From an uncultured Chloroflexia bacterium (lineage in GTDB: Bacteria; Chloroflexota; Limnocylindria; Limnocylindrales; CSP1-4), in contig CAWFXA010000003.1 in NCBI GenBank assembly GCA_963819655.1, positions 979,163-1,043,162 on the forward strand: DNA of 64,000 nt, written 5' to 3'. Positions within the stretch are counted from its first letter, which is position 1. The number at the start of each line of letters is the position of its first letter. Below, piece by piece: positions 47,768 to 56,397 of this stretch. The translations under genes and the position numbers were made by a program. Below the pieces are notes generated by a model. It did no database searches, was not told the DNA's origin, and was given only the letters and a program-made list of their open reading frames with translations.

Positions 47768-47925
47768 AGGTCGCACTCGTTGTCGATACGCTGCGCGCGC
47801 TCGAGACCGGGCTCGAGTCGTTCTTCGAGGGCAACGTCAGCGACTACGAAGCGTTCCGGCGCAAGGAGCTGGGAACCGCCGCCGACCAGCCGCATCGCAT
47901 CCGGTATACGCGGCTCGTGGCCTGA
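47764..47925 (+). CDS. 53-aa mini-ORF built from two pieces of the EttA C-terminus
   Basis: [53 protein letters not shown]; ATGA overlap upstream; next ATG at 47927; may be an untranslated remnant. Confidence 0.5.
   Translation: MKVALVVDTLRALETGLESFFEGNVSDYEAFRRKELGTAADQPHRIRYTRLVA
47782..47925 (+). repeat. Internally deleted copy of the ettA 3' end
   Basis: 47782-47823 identical to 43079-43120; 47824-47925 matches 43217-43318 with 7 substitutions. Confidence 0.92.
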
Positions 47926-47926
47926 C

Positions 47927-49096
47927 ATGGACTGGGCGGCGAGCGTCCAAGCGGAGATCGACGCGGCGACCGTCCAACCCCTCGTTCGTCGCCACCTCGC
48001 GTCGCCAGACGCCCGGCCGACGGCGATCACCGTCCGGCCGCTCGAGTACCCGAACGTCGATCCAGATGCTCGCCTGCTCATGCGCGTGGATGGCCAGGCG
48101 ACGGAAGGTGGTGGCCAGTCGCCGTGGTCGATCGTCCTCAAGGCCTTCCGTCGGGTCGACGGGCCAGCCGTCGACGATCCGACTCACTACGAGTACTGGC
48201 AGCGGGAACCGCTCTTCTTCGAGTCCGGGCTGTGGGCGGACCTCCCGCCCGGCCTGCGATCCGTGCGACCGCTCGCCGTCGACCGGCGATCACCGGATGA
48301 GCTCTGGGTCTGGCTCGAGCCCCTGACGGACGAATACCCCGACGGCTGGCCAGCGGCGCGGTTCGAGCTGGCGGCTCATCACCTCGGGCGGTTCGCCGGA
48401 GGGTACCTTGCCGGCCACCCCATCCCGACCGCGCCATGGCTTTCGGCGACGCGGTCCATTCATCAGCAATGGAGCGTCGCGAACCCTGAGATCGGCGAGC
48501 CGGTCCTGCACGCCCTCGAGACACCGCCGACGACATCGTCCGGCGCGCCTTTCGCGTCCGCGAGCGACCGCGAGGCGTTGCGTGCCGCATTCCGTCGCCA
48601 GGCGGATCTGCTGGACGCGGCGGACGCCCTGCCTCGCGTGGTGTGCCATAACGACACGTTGGCCGCGAATCTGTTCGCTTGTCGTGCCCCCGACGGGTCG
48701 TCCGAGACCGTGGCGATCGACTGGGCGCTCGTCGGGATCGGACCGGTCGGCGCGGATCTCGGACAGCTCGTGGCCGGGAGCGCCACCTTCTTCCGAGCGC
48801 CCGTCGATGATCTCGAGACGCTCGACCGTCGGTGCTTCGAGGCATACGTCAGCGGCCTCGAGGAGGCGGCCGGTGTCGTGCCGCGCGATGTTCGGCTGGC
48901 GAGTCTTACAACCGTCCTGGCGCAGTGGACGTCGATCGTCGCGTGGCACCTGGTCCTTGCGCTCGATCCGGCGAACGACGAGTGGGTCGAGGCGTTCTGG
49001 CATCGACCACGATCGGACGTCGTCGAACAGTTCACCCCGCTGCTGTCATTCCTGGCGCGGCGCGCGAACGAAACGGTCGATCTGCTCGATCCGTGA
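47927..49096 (+). CDS. Aminoglycoside phosphotransferase / choline kinase-like protein
   Basis: IVLK, YWQRE, WLE, CHNDTLAANLF, AIDWA, DLGQL. Confidence 0.85.
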   Translation: MDWAASVQAEIDAATVQPLVRRHLASPDARPTAITVRPLEYPNVDPDARLLMRVDGQATEGGGQSPWSIVLKAFRRVDGPAVDDPTHYEYWQREPLFFESGLWADLPPGLRSVRPLAVDRRSPDELWVWLEPLTDEYPDGWPAARFELAAHHLGRFAGGYLAGHPIPTAPWLSATRSIHQQWSVANPEIGEPVLHALETPPTTSSGAPFASASDREALRAAFRRQADLLDAADALPRVVCHNDTLAANLFACRAPDGSSETVAIDWALVGIGPVGADLGQLVAGSATFFRAPVDDLETLDRRCFEAYVSGLEEAAGVVPRDVRLASLTTVLAQWTSIVAWHLVLALDPANDEWVEAFWHRPRSDVVEQFTPLLSFLARRANETVDLLDP

Positions 49097-49169
49097 GGAG
49101 GGGTCGACCGACCTGAGGCGGCGCTAGCCCGTCGCCGGAGTCTCCTCCGACGCCGGTGATGCAGGAAGA

Positions 49170-49198
49170 TTGACTCATGTTGATGAGTCATATAGCCT
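49170..49198 (+). promoter_or_regulatory. TA promoter with perfect operator TGACTCAT-gttg-ATGAGTCA
   Basis: TTGACT-17nt-TAGCCT; ATG 7 nt later (leaderless). Confidence 0.8.
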
Positions 49199-49205
49199 CA
49201 CACCC

Positions 49206-49466
49206 ATGACCAAGCGGCTGCAGGTACTGATGGATGACGACGAGCTGCGCTCGATCCAGCGACTCGCCCGAAAGGAACGCGTCACGACCGCGGAATGGGT
49301 GAGGCAACGCCTTCGCGAGGCGCAGGATCAGCGAGCGCGGCCAGATACCGAGCGCAAGCTGGCCGTCATCCGAGCGGCTTCCAAGTACAACGCGCCGGCA
49401 CCGGACATCAAGCAGATGAATGCGGAGATCGAGCAAGGCTACCTCGAGGACGGCTCGATCCCGTGA
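49206..49466 (+). CDS. vapB: RHH/CopG-type antitoxin (VapB)
   Basis: MTKRLQVLMDDDE...TTAEWVRQ; GTGA overlap with the PIN gene. Confidence 0.82.
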   Translation: MTKRLQVLMDDDELRSIQRLARKERVTTAEWVRQRLREAQDQRARPDTERKLAVIRAASKYNAPAPDIKQMNAEIEQGYLEDGSIP

Positions 49467-49858
49467 TCTTCATCGACACGAACATCCCGATGTACCTGAT
49501 CGGCGCCGACCAGACTCTGCAACTACGTGCTCGAACGTTGGTTGAGGACGCAGTCGCACTCGGCGAAGTGTTGTGCACCGATGCCGAGGTGCTCCAGGAG
49601 ATCCTCCATCGGTATCTGGCCATCCGCCGCCCGGAGTTCATCGACCCAGCATTCGAGACGCTGCTCGGTGTCGTCGACGTCGTCTACCCGATCGAGCGTG
49701 AGGACGTCGAACGTGGACGACGAGTCTTGCGGACCACGGACCGGTTATCGGCACGCGATGCGCTCCACATCGCGGTGATGCAACGCCATGATGTCGACCG
49801 TGTGTGCACCTTCGACAGCGGCTTCGAGGGAATCCCGGGGCTGACGCGGATCAGCTGA
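49463..49858 (+). CDS. vapC: PIN-domain toxin (VapC)
   Basis: IFIDTNIPMY, EVLQEI, ARDALHIA, TFDSGF. Confidence 0.92.
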   Translation: MIFIDTNIPMYLIGADQTLQLRARTLVEDAVALGEVLCTDAEVLQEILHRYLAIRRPEFIDPAFETLLGVVDVVYPIEREDVERGRRVLRTTDRLSARDALHIAVMQRHDVDRVCTFDSGFEGIPGLTRIS

Positions 49859-49882
49859 ACCGTCGGGGCGGAACCCTTGTTG

Positions 49883-49911
49883 GCCGATGCGCATGGGCCG
49901 CATCAATCGGC
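49883..49911. repeat. Isolated copy of the ettA-downstream hairpin GATGCG-CATGGGC-CGCATC
   Basis: gatgcgcatgggccgcatcaa identical to the cores near 43365 and 51941; lies between convergent vapC genes. Confidence 0.8.
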
Positions 49912-49924
49912 GTACCGCTGAGCG

Positions 49925-50356
49925 CTAGCGATCGACGCGTTTCAGCCACTCCGTCGGACTGACCGCATCAACGACGGGTCGCGATCGAGTCCGGAGCTCG
50001 TCATCGAGCGTCACGAGGGTTGCTGCGTGTCGCAACGCGGTCGCGGCATAGATCGCGTCCGCACCGCGCAACTGCAGGCGCCCGGCGAGGGCGGCGGCGT
50101 CCGCCGACGCATCGACATCGAGCGCGTGCAGCACGAGGCCGGGCATCCCGAGCAACGCTTGCCCGGCTTGCAAGGCGAGATCGGCGTCGCCGGTCCGACG
50201 TGCGATCGCGGCAGCCACCTCAACGAGGGTGAGGGTCGGTTGGTGGGTCGGCAGGTCCGCTGCGAATGCCGCGGCCAGGAACGCCGCCGCATCCGCGCCG
50301 GCCGGGTCATCCGGTGTCCCGGCCGCCACGAGCACCGACGCGTCGATGGTGATCAC
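49925..50356 (-). CDS. vapC: PIN-domain toxin (VapC)
   Basis: ITIDASV, LVEVAAA, LRGADAIY, LVTLD. Confidence 0.9.
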   Translation of the reverse strand: MITIDASVLVAAGTPDDPAGADAAAFLAAAFAADLPTHQPTLTLVEVAAAIARRTGDADLALQAGQALLGMPGLVLHALDVDASADAAALAGRLQLRGADAIYAATALRHAATLVTLDDELRTRSRPVVDAVSPTEWLKRVDR

Positions 50357-50628
50357 CGTGAGCGGTCGGCGATCACGATCTCCCGAGTCGTCCGCGGATC
50401 TTGAGCGGCTTCGGCGACTCGGTGGCCGATCGCCTCCCACCGTTTCAGCCAGGTGTCGGCGGCGGCCGGTCGGTCGACTTCAGCGATGGCCTCAGCAAGG
50501 CCCGGCGCTTCGTCGAGCCACCGCTCGAACAGCAGGACGGTCACCTCGCGAACCGATCGCCCCTCCATGGCCGACCGTGCCTTGACGCGCCGATAGAGGC
50601 CATCCGGGACATCGATCGTGGCTTTCAT
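50353..50628 (-). CDS. vapB: RHH antitoxin (VapB)
   Basis: MKATIDVPDGLYRRVKARSAMEGRSVRE; promoter TTGACG-17-TATACA-N6-ATG. Confidence 0.85.
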   Translation of the reverse strand: MKATIDVPDGLYRRVKARSAMEGRSVREVTVLLFERWLDEAPGLAEAIAEVDRPAAADTWLKRWEAIGHRVAEAAQDPRTTREIVIADRSR

Positions 50629-50716
50629 GCTTGCTGTATAACCGTATTGCTGCCGAGCGTCAAGGCGTCGGAGCGCACACAACACCGGAGTTGTCGATCC
50701 TCGCGCATGGCCCGCT

Positions 50717-51655
50717 CTACTGGGTGAGGTCGATGACCTCACGGACGGCGTCAGTGACTAGGTCGGTGTCAGCCTCGTCCATCCAGTGTGGCGCGCTCAC
50801 CACGCGCCACATGCCCGGGGACCAGCTTTCGACCCACGCAATCCGCAGGGCATCTTCCGCTTCTGTGCCGCGGTTGGAGGCATCCTGCGCCGCCAGGTAG
50901 AGCAGCGGCACGTCGGGCTCGCGATCGCGGCGGTCATGGATCCACATCGCGAGGCTGCAGTTGTCAAGCTTCTCCACCGAGTCATTCGCGTCGGCTTGGC
51001 GGTTGGCCTCGAGACAGGGGCCCCGAAAACCATTCATCTCGTCGATGTCGTAGTCCACGCCCGTTGATGAATCGAGCAGGACGACACCGGCAACGCGGTC
51101 CGGGTGAGCGACAGCGTACGCCGATGCCACGAGCCCGCCGAACGATGCTCCCAGGAGCACGAAGGGTCCTTCCTCGCCCAGGGCGGCCAGGAAGCCGTCG
51201 ACGTCTGCGATCACATCTTCTGGGGTCTGCGCGCCGTCGACGCCCTCGCTTCGACCGGTGTTGCGACGTTCGTAAGAACAGACCCGGAAGGTTTCGCCGA
51301 GGGCTTTCTCGATGCCCGCCGCGATGGCCACGCCGCGCTTGCTGAGGTCGTCGGCCCAGCCGGTGAAGTACACGACAGTAGGCGAGCCGTCTCCGGCGCA
51401 CCGGGCGTAGATGTCGTGGCCGTCCACGTCGACAAGCCCTTCAACGGCGCTGCCTGGATCGACCGGCAGCGCGATACGGGCGGGGCCTTCAGGTTCCGGC
51501 GAGGTCGGAGTGGGCTGTGGGGACGGGGAGCCGCCGGAATCGATCGACGCTGGCGGGTTCGTCGTGGACTGGGTCGCTCCACCGCACCCAGCGAGGGTCA
51601 GGGTCAGGATCGCCGCGACCGTTGCGCTTGCGCCGCCGCGCGAGATGCTGGTCAT
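50717..51655 (-). CDS. Alpha/beta hydrolase lipoprotein
   Basis: LAGC lipobox, YERRNTGRS, GASFGG nucleophile elbow, PHW. Confidence 0.87.
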   Translation of the reverse strand: MTSISRGGASATVAAILTLTLAGCGGATQSTTNPPASIDSGGSPSPQPTPTSPEPEGPARIALPVDPGSAVEGLVDVDGHDIYARCAGDGSPTVVYFTGWADDLSKRGVAIAAGIEKALGETFRVCSYERRNTGRSEGVDGAQTPEDVIADVDGFLAALGEEGPFVLLGASFGGLVASAYAVAHPDRVAGVVLLDSSTGVDYDIDEMNGFRGPCLEANRQADANDSVEKLDNCSLAMWIHDRRDREPDVPLLYLAAQDASNRGTEAEDALRIAWVESWSPGMWRVVSAPHWMDEADTDLVTDAVREVIDLTQ

Positions 51656-51756
51656 GGCCGTCCCGCCTCCGTGTCGGGTACCCGGGCCTGCGTGTCTGGC
51701 TCGGGCCGACGTCGCAACGATATACGCCGACAGTCGGAGCAAGTGAAGGGCGTAGG

Positions 51757-51977
51757 CATCCTCGCCTTCGAGGCGATTCGCAAGTTGCTCCTTCGAGGGC
51801 AACGTCAGCGACTACGAGGCGTTCCGCCACAAGGAGCTGGGCACCGCCGCCGACCAGCCGCACCGCATCCGGTACAAGCGGCTGGTGGCCTGACGACTGT
51901 TGATGCATATTTCCCGGCGGTCGGCGGACCTTCGGTAGCTGATGCGCATGGGCCGCATCAAGCGGCTCGTGGCCTGA
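51757..51977 (+). repeat. Right copy of the ~220-bp direct repeat (ettA 3' end plus hairpin; attR-like)
   Basis: 51791-51893 differs from ettA 43216-43318 at 1 base; 5' ~35 bp degraded; downstream 84 bp conserved. Confidence 0.92.
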
Positions 51978-51984
51978 GTGGGCT

Positions 51985-52452
51985 TCAGGCGGTGAGCTGC
52001 ACCACCTCGATCTCCGGGGAGTTGTCGCCCAGGCGCGGACGCCACGACCGGTCGTCCGTGACCACCAGGTCCGCGCCGGTCACCACGGCACTCGCGACGA
52101 TGAGTGCGTCGGGCATCGGCAGATCGGTCGACGCGCGCAGCCGCGCCGCCTCGCGCGCGACGTCGTAGGTCACCGGGACGAGGCGCAGGTCCCCGAAGTG
52201 CTGGAGGAATGCCTCCGCCGTCGCGACCGCGCCTGCACCGCGGCGGAACGGACGCACGAGAATCTCCGCGACCGTGACCATCGACAGCGATGCGAGATTG
52301 CGGCCGGTCGCCACGAATGCGTCGAAGAGCTCTTCGGCTCGGGAACTTCCCGGCTCGCCACCGGCCAGGTATGCGAGAACGACCGAGCTGTCGATCAGGA
52401 GCGAAGCTCCCGGCGGGATGGTGTCGGATAGCTGACGCGGGCGGTCAGCCAC
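51985..52452 (-). CDS. vapC: PIN-domain toxin (VapC)
   Basis: LIDSSV, TVAEIL, PDALIVASA, VTDD. Confidence 0.9.
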   Translation of the reverse strand: MADRPRQLSDTIPPGASLLIDSSVVLAYLAGGEPGSSRAEELFDAFVATGRNLASLSMVTVAEILVRPFRRGAGAVATAEAFLQHFGDLRLVPVTYDVAREAARLRASTDLPMPDALIVASAVVTGADLVVTDDRSWRPRLGDNSPEIEVVQLTA

Positions 52453-52696
52453 GCGGCTCCCACGTCGCACGCTCTCCCGCGAGGTAGTCGGCGGGATCCC
52501 CGTATACGTCGCGCAAAGCGCCGGCGTAGCTCGAGCGGATGCGATGCAGGCGGATCGTGTCGGGATCGTCGGGCGTGATCTCGACCAGGAATCGATCCCC
52601 TTCGGCGACGCCGGCGGTCTCGACGATCGGCTCCGGGAGCGTCAGCTGGCTCTTTGCACGAAGACGGGCCTCCGCATGGACGGCGAGTCGTGACAT
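52445..52696 (-). CDS. AbrB/MazE-type antitoxin
   Basis: RLRAKSQLTLP...GVAEGD; YLAGERATW; TAAGCT -10 just before the ATG. Confidence 0.85.
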   Translation of the reverse strand: MSRLAVHAEARLRAKSQLTLPEPIVETAGVAEGDRFLVEITPDDPDTIRLHRIRSSYAGALRDVYGDPADYLAGERATWEPRG

Positions 52697-52772
52697 GTAC
52701 GACAGCTTACACGAGAGTCCCACTCGCACGCAATGGGTGCGACCGACCGAGCTTCGATACGACTTGGCTCGC

Positions 52773-53324
52773 TCAGAGCGCCGCTTCGCGGGCTCGGTGC
52801 CACGCCTCGCTGAGGCCGAGGGCTGAGGTCCAGCGGTCGATGTAGTCCTCATCGAGGTCGCTCACGATGGCGATGATCCCCGCGACATCGCGCATCTGTC
52901 GTTCGGAGCCTGTCGCTGCCGCCCACTCGAGCTTGGCGATGACCAGATCCTCGGCGGTCGCGACGAACCCCGGCGTGCCGAGGAGGTCGGCCGGTGCTCG
53001 CCGACCGAATTCCTCGATCGAGAACGGCCGATCCCGGCGGATGATCAGATCCACCTTCGTCGCGTCCGGTCCGATGGCGTTGAATTGCGAGCGCTGCGCC
53101 AGGGCCTCGCGCGCCACGTCCGGGTCGATGTAGAAGTCAGCCGCGATCAACGCGCCAACGAAGCGGGTCAGCGCTTCGACCGTCGGGTCGATGACGATGT
53201 CGACGTCCCGGGTCGCACGTGGCTCGCCGTGGTACGAGCTCGCCAGGGAGCCGGTGACCATGTAGGGAACTCCCGCGGCGTCGAGCCTGGTGATCACGGC
53301 CGCCAGCAGTCCGGCGAAGGTCAC
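52773..53324 (-). CDS. Nucleotidyltransferase, MenT1 (Rv0078A)-like putative toxin
   Basis: GS.A...GEPRATRDVDIV, KVD, EDLVIAKL, RQMRD. Confidence 0.8.
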   Translation of the reverse strand: MTFAGLLAAVITRLDAAGVPYMVTGSLASSYHGEPRATRDVDIVIDPTVEALTRFVGALIAADFYIDPDVAREALAQRSQFNAIGPDATKVDLIIRRDRPFSIEEFGRRAPADLLGTPGFVATAEDLVIAKLEWAAATGSERQMRDVAGIIAIVSDLDEDYIDRWTSALGLSEAWHRAREAAL

Positions 53325-53572
53325 GACTCGGCGGTGGGCTCCGATCCCGCCGTCATCGCCGCGTCGGGCCTGGCCAGCATCCGGGCGAGCTCAGCCGCGT
53401 GCTCGTCCGCCGACCAGTCCGGGTGTCGTTGACGGATCCCCAATTCGGTCAGCGCGCGGACGTCAGCACTCAGCTCGGCGGCCAATCGCAGACGCTCAGC
53501 GGGCGTCATCGATCGGTACGCATCGAGCTGCCGACGGTGGGCGTCGACCGACGTATCGCGTGGTCGGAGCAC
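53321..53572 (-). CDS. Small helical partner, MenA1 (Rv0078B)-like putative antitoxin
   Basis: DTS...MTPAERLRLA...GIRQRHPDWS; GTGA overlap with the NTase. Confidence 0.72.
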   Translation of the reverse strand: MLRPRDTSVDAHRRQLDAYRSMTPAERLRLAAELSADVRALTELGIRQRHPDWSADEHAAELARMLARPDAAMTAGSEPTAES

Positions 53573-53694
53573 GGTCGCACTTTACCGCGGCGGCGATCAA
53601 GAGTGGTGGCGCGCGGAGCCAGATGTAGCCTGCTGGCTAAGGGACGATCACCAGTCCAGCGACCGCCGCGAAGGACGACCAAGCGGGCGGGTGG

Positions 53695-54546
53695 TCATTC
53701 GGTATCGGTCGGTGGGAGGGTGCTCGTCGGGACGACCGTGATCTCAGTGCCCACGGTGACGTCGGACATCCCGTCCGGCGAATAGCCGTTCGCAAAGAGG
53801 CCATGTACACCTGGAGCGATATCCGATGGGATCCGAGTGTGGATCACGACCGACCCATTGGCAGACGTCCAGGCGAACCGGCCGATCTGTCGGCAAGGGT
53901 GAGGCCAGCATTCACCCTGGGTCGGGTGCGTGTCGATGGTGAGATGGACCCGGCTCTTCGGAAGAAAACCGCCCGCGGTGACCGTCACGCGCTGTCCAGG
54001 CACGACTGTATCGTCGTCGATCTGCATCACCTCGGGCGAACCGATGACCAGGATGTAGACGTACGCCGAGCAGTCGAGGCTGACGACCCGCAACTGGGTC
54101 TCGCCGATCGACGCATCGACGGGGATCAGACCGTCGACCACGCCATCGCCGTCGTTACCAGCCGTGCCAGTCCCGATCGGTCGCTCGGCAAGATCAGGCC
54201 ACCACTCCCCGTAGAGGAGAGTCACGACCGAGCCGGGCGCGAAGCCCTCGAAGCGGATTCGAACCGTGCCGCCTCGAACGATGTGATCTACCGGGGCTCG
54301 GGCGAAGGTCGTATCGCAGACGGGGTCGGGAGGGGTCCCGGTCGGCGCCGGTGTGGCGGTTGGCACAGGCGTCGCGGTGGGCGCAGGGGTCTCGGTCGGA
54401 GTCGGCGTCGGCGTCGCCGTGGGGGTGGGCGTCGGTGTCGGAGTCGGCGTCGCCGCGGACCCGGGTGACGCCAAACTCGCGACGAGCAGGAGCCCAATCC
54501 CCGACCCCACCGCAGACCGCCATCGCCATCGTCGACTGTCGTGCAT
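53695..54546 (-). CDS. Secreted PT-repeat protein with two Ig-like domains, ending TLPPTDTE (paralog of 60892-61699)
   Basis: Signal peptide, (TP)n stalk, duplicated GF.P...V.L...G...IP.D unit, TQGECWP.PCR. Confidence 0.8.
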   Translation of the reverse strand: MHDSRRWRWRSAVGSGIGLLLVASLASPGSAATPTPTPTPTPTATPTPTPTETPAPTATPVPTATPAPTGTPPDPVCDTTFARAPVDHIVRGGTVRIRFEGFAPGSVVTLLYGEWWPDLAERPIGTGTAGNDGDGVVDGLIPVDASIGETQLRVVSLDCSAYVYILVIGSPEVMQIDDDTVVPGQRVTVTAGGFLPKSRVHLTIDTHPTQGECWPHPCRQIGRFAWTSANGSVVIHTRIPSDIAPGVHGLFANGYSPDGMSDVTVGTEITVVPTSTLPPTDTE

Positions 54547-54568
54547 TGCCGCACCTCCTAACGGCTAG

Positions 54569-54600
54569 ATGACGCGATCCGCTGGTGGGTCTTGCAGTCG
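54569..54600 (-). promoter_or_regulatory. ECF-type promoter TGCAAG-N16-CGTCAT
   Basis: Same boxes and spacing upstream of the paralog (61723-61754) while the spacer has diverged. Confidence 0.65.
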
Positions 54601-54877
54601 CGAGCGCGATGCGACGCCGAAGAACGGGCGGAGCCGGCAATGCCGACTCCGCCCGGTGTCCTGCGCCCGGCGCGAGGGGGGATCGCGTCGATGCAGGCTT
54701 GGCGCCGAACCGAGGGCAGGGGGATGCCCCCGGCCGGCGAACAGGGATCTCTGGTGACCGAGATATCGTCCGACGCCGCGGCGCCGAGTCCTACGGCACG
54801 AGGCAGCAATACGGAAACCGGTCGATTGCCGAGGTCATGCAGTCGACCGACAGCCCGGTCGTACACTCAGAGGCTCG

Positions 54878-56284
54878 GTGGGCACGACGACGACTCGGAA
54901 CGTCATCACGCTCGTCCTGCCGGAGATCGAGACGGTCGTCGCGGCCCTCGCCGCGGACCTGGCGGACTCGCAGGACGAGCTGCGAGCGCGCGTCCGCCTG
55001 GCGTACCTGAGCACCATGGTCGCCGCCGATGCCGACGATCTCGAGGCGGCCATCGACGTCCTTCGCGCCCGCGCAGCCGGCGACGAGGTGGCCAACCCGT
55101 TCGGCCGCCGCGTCAAGGCAGACTCGTTCGACGACGTGGTCGAGGTCGCCGACCGAGCGCTCGCCGAGGGCAGTCTCGACCTCATGACCGTCCTCGCGCT
55201 CCAGTACCAGTCCGGCGCGATCGCGGCCGTGCAGGGTCGGCGGTTGCTCCTGTTCCGCGATGTCAACGACCAGATCTACCGCCTCATGTGGGAGCACGGG
55301 GCGGCCGAGCTGGCCCGACGCGGCGACCCGCCGGAGCGGTACATCGAGCTTGGTCGCTGGCTGATGCTGTGGACCGAGATGTCGTCCCTGGCGGTCAGCG
55401 AGGGGTATCGAGCCACCGAGCGCGATTTCCTTGCCCGTGACGTCGCCGCCCGCCGTGCCGCGCTCGATGAACTGATCGGCTCCATCCCCACCGACACGCG
55501 CGCCAGGTCGCGGGTTCGTCGGCTGGCGGTGCGGTACGGCCTCGACCCCGACGCGGCGTATCGGGTCGCCGCGATCCTCCCGGGTCCCGAGGTCGACCCG
55601 ACGCCTGATGAAGCGGGCATCGACGACGACGACCTCGACGACCTCGCCCGGCGCATCGATCAGCTCCTGAGCCGGCGCGCCGCCAGCGACCGCCCGTACG
55701 ACGGGATCCGGGTGCCCATGGCGTTCAGCTGGCGGGGATCGATCGTGGCCATCCTGGGGTCCGACCCGCGCGAGTGGGTGCGGCTGCAGGAGTCGCTGGG
55801 GAGGGTCCTCGCGCCGACCGGTCGCAGTCGGCGTCAGGCGGTGACGGCCGCCGACCCGACGTGGACCGCCATCGCGATGCGCGCCGACGGGGTCCCGGCG
55901 CTGGCGCGGTCGATGGTCGAGCTGCAGGAGGGCCTACGCGTGGCCAAACGGATCGGCCGGCGTGGGGTGATCGACGACGTCGCCGAGCTCGGCGTCGAAC
56001 GGCTGCTACTGAGCGACCCGGACCTGGCCGCGGCGGTCATCGATCGCGAGCTCGGGCCGCTCCTGGCGGACCCGCGCCTGGGCGACGAGCTGGTCGAGAC
56101 GCTCCAGATCTACTACGACGTCGGCGGCAACCGACGCGCGACGGCCCGCCGTCTCCACCTTGCGGATCGCACCGTGGCGTACCGGCTGGAGCGCGCCGAG
56201 GACCTGCTCGGCCACGGGTTCGACGGCGAACCGGGCCGGCGGCTCAACCTCGCGCTGACGCTGCGGCGTCTGATAGGCCACTAG
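54878..56284 (+). CDS. PucR/CdaR family transcriptional regulator
   Basis: LGPLL...LVETL..Y....GNRRATARRLHLADRTVAYRLERAEDLLG. Confidence 0.88.
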   Translation: MGTTTTRNVITLVLPEIETVVAALAADLADSQDELRARVRLAYLSTMVAADADDLEAAIDVLRARAAGDEVANPFGRRVKADSFDDVVEVADRALAEGSLDLMTVLALQYQSGAIAAVQGRRLLLFRDVNDQIYRLMWEHGAAELARRGDPPERYIELGRWLMLWTEMSSLAVSEGYRATERDFLARDVAARRAALDELIGSIPTDTRARSRVRRLAVRYGLDPDAAYRVAAILPGPEVDPTPDEAGIDDDDLDDLARRIDQLLSRRAASDRPYDGIRVPMAFSWRGSIVAILGSDPREWVRLQESLGRVLAPTGRSRRQAVTAADPTWTAIAMRADGVPALARSMVELQEGLRVAKRIGRRGVIDDVAELGVERLLLSDPDLAAAVIDRELGPLLADPRLGDELVETLQIYYDVGGNRRATARRLHLADRTVAYRLERAEDLLGHGFDGEPGRRLNLALTLRRLIGH

Positions 56285-56397
56285 GGAGCCGGGCCCACCT
56301 GACCGGCGCGCAGCGACCGCGTCTCGCCGAAGCGAAACGCGCACACTCATTGAGGGCCAGCCTTGACGGCCCGCGCGGCAGAAGGAGGCTCGAACCG

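Noticed and set aside
47927-49096. Phosphotransferase as an antibiotic resistance gene
   Set aside because: Only generic APH/choline-kinase fold motifs; its context after a sugar operon fits a metabolic kinase equally well.
43079-51977. ettA tail copies as a diversity-generating retroelement TR/VR pair
   Set aside because: Substitutions are not adenine-specific (mostly synonymous third positions) and there is no reverse transcriptase in the window.
53596-53697. Possible further degenerate ettA cores (atcaagagtggtggcg; caagcgggcgggtgg) after the MenAT-like pair
   Set aside because: Too short and gapped to distinguish from chance at this GC content, although the position would fit a cassette boundary.
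54325-54452. Tandem DNA repeat
   Set aside because: It simply encodes the Pro-Thr stalk of the secreted protein.
54802-54814. GGCAGCAATACGG shared with the vapB promoter at 50642-50654 (minus strand)
   Set aside because: A single 13-mer match is expected by chance in a window this size.
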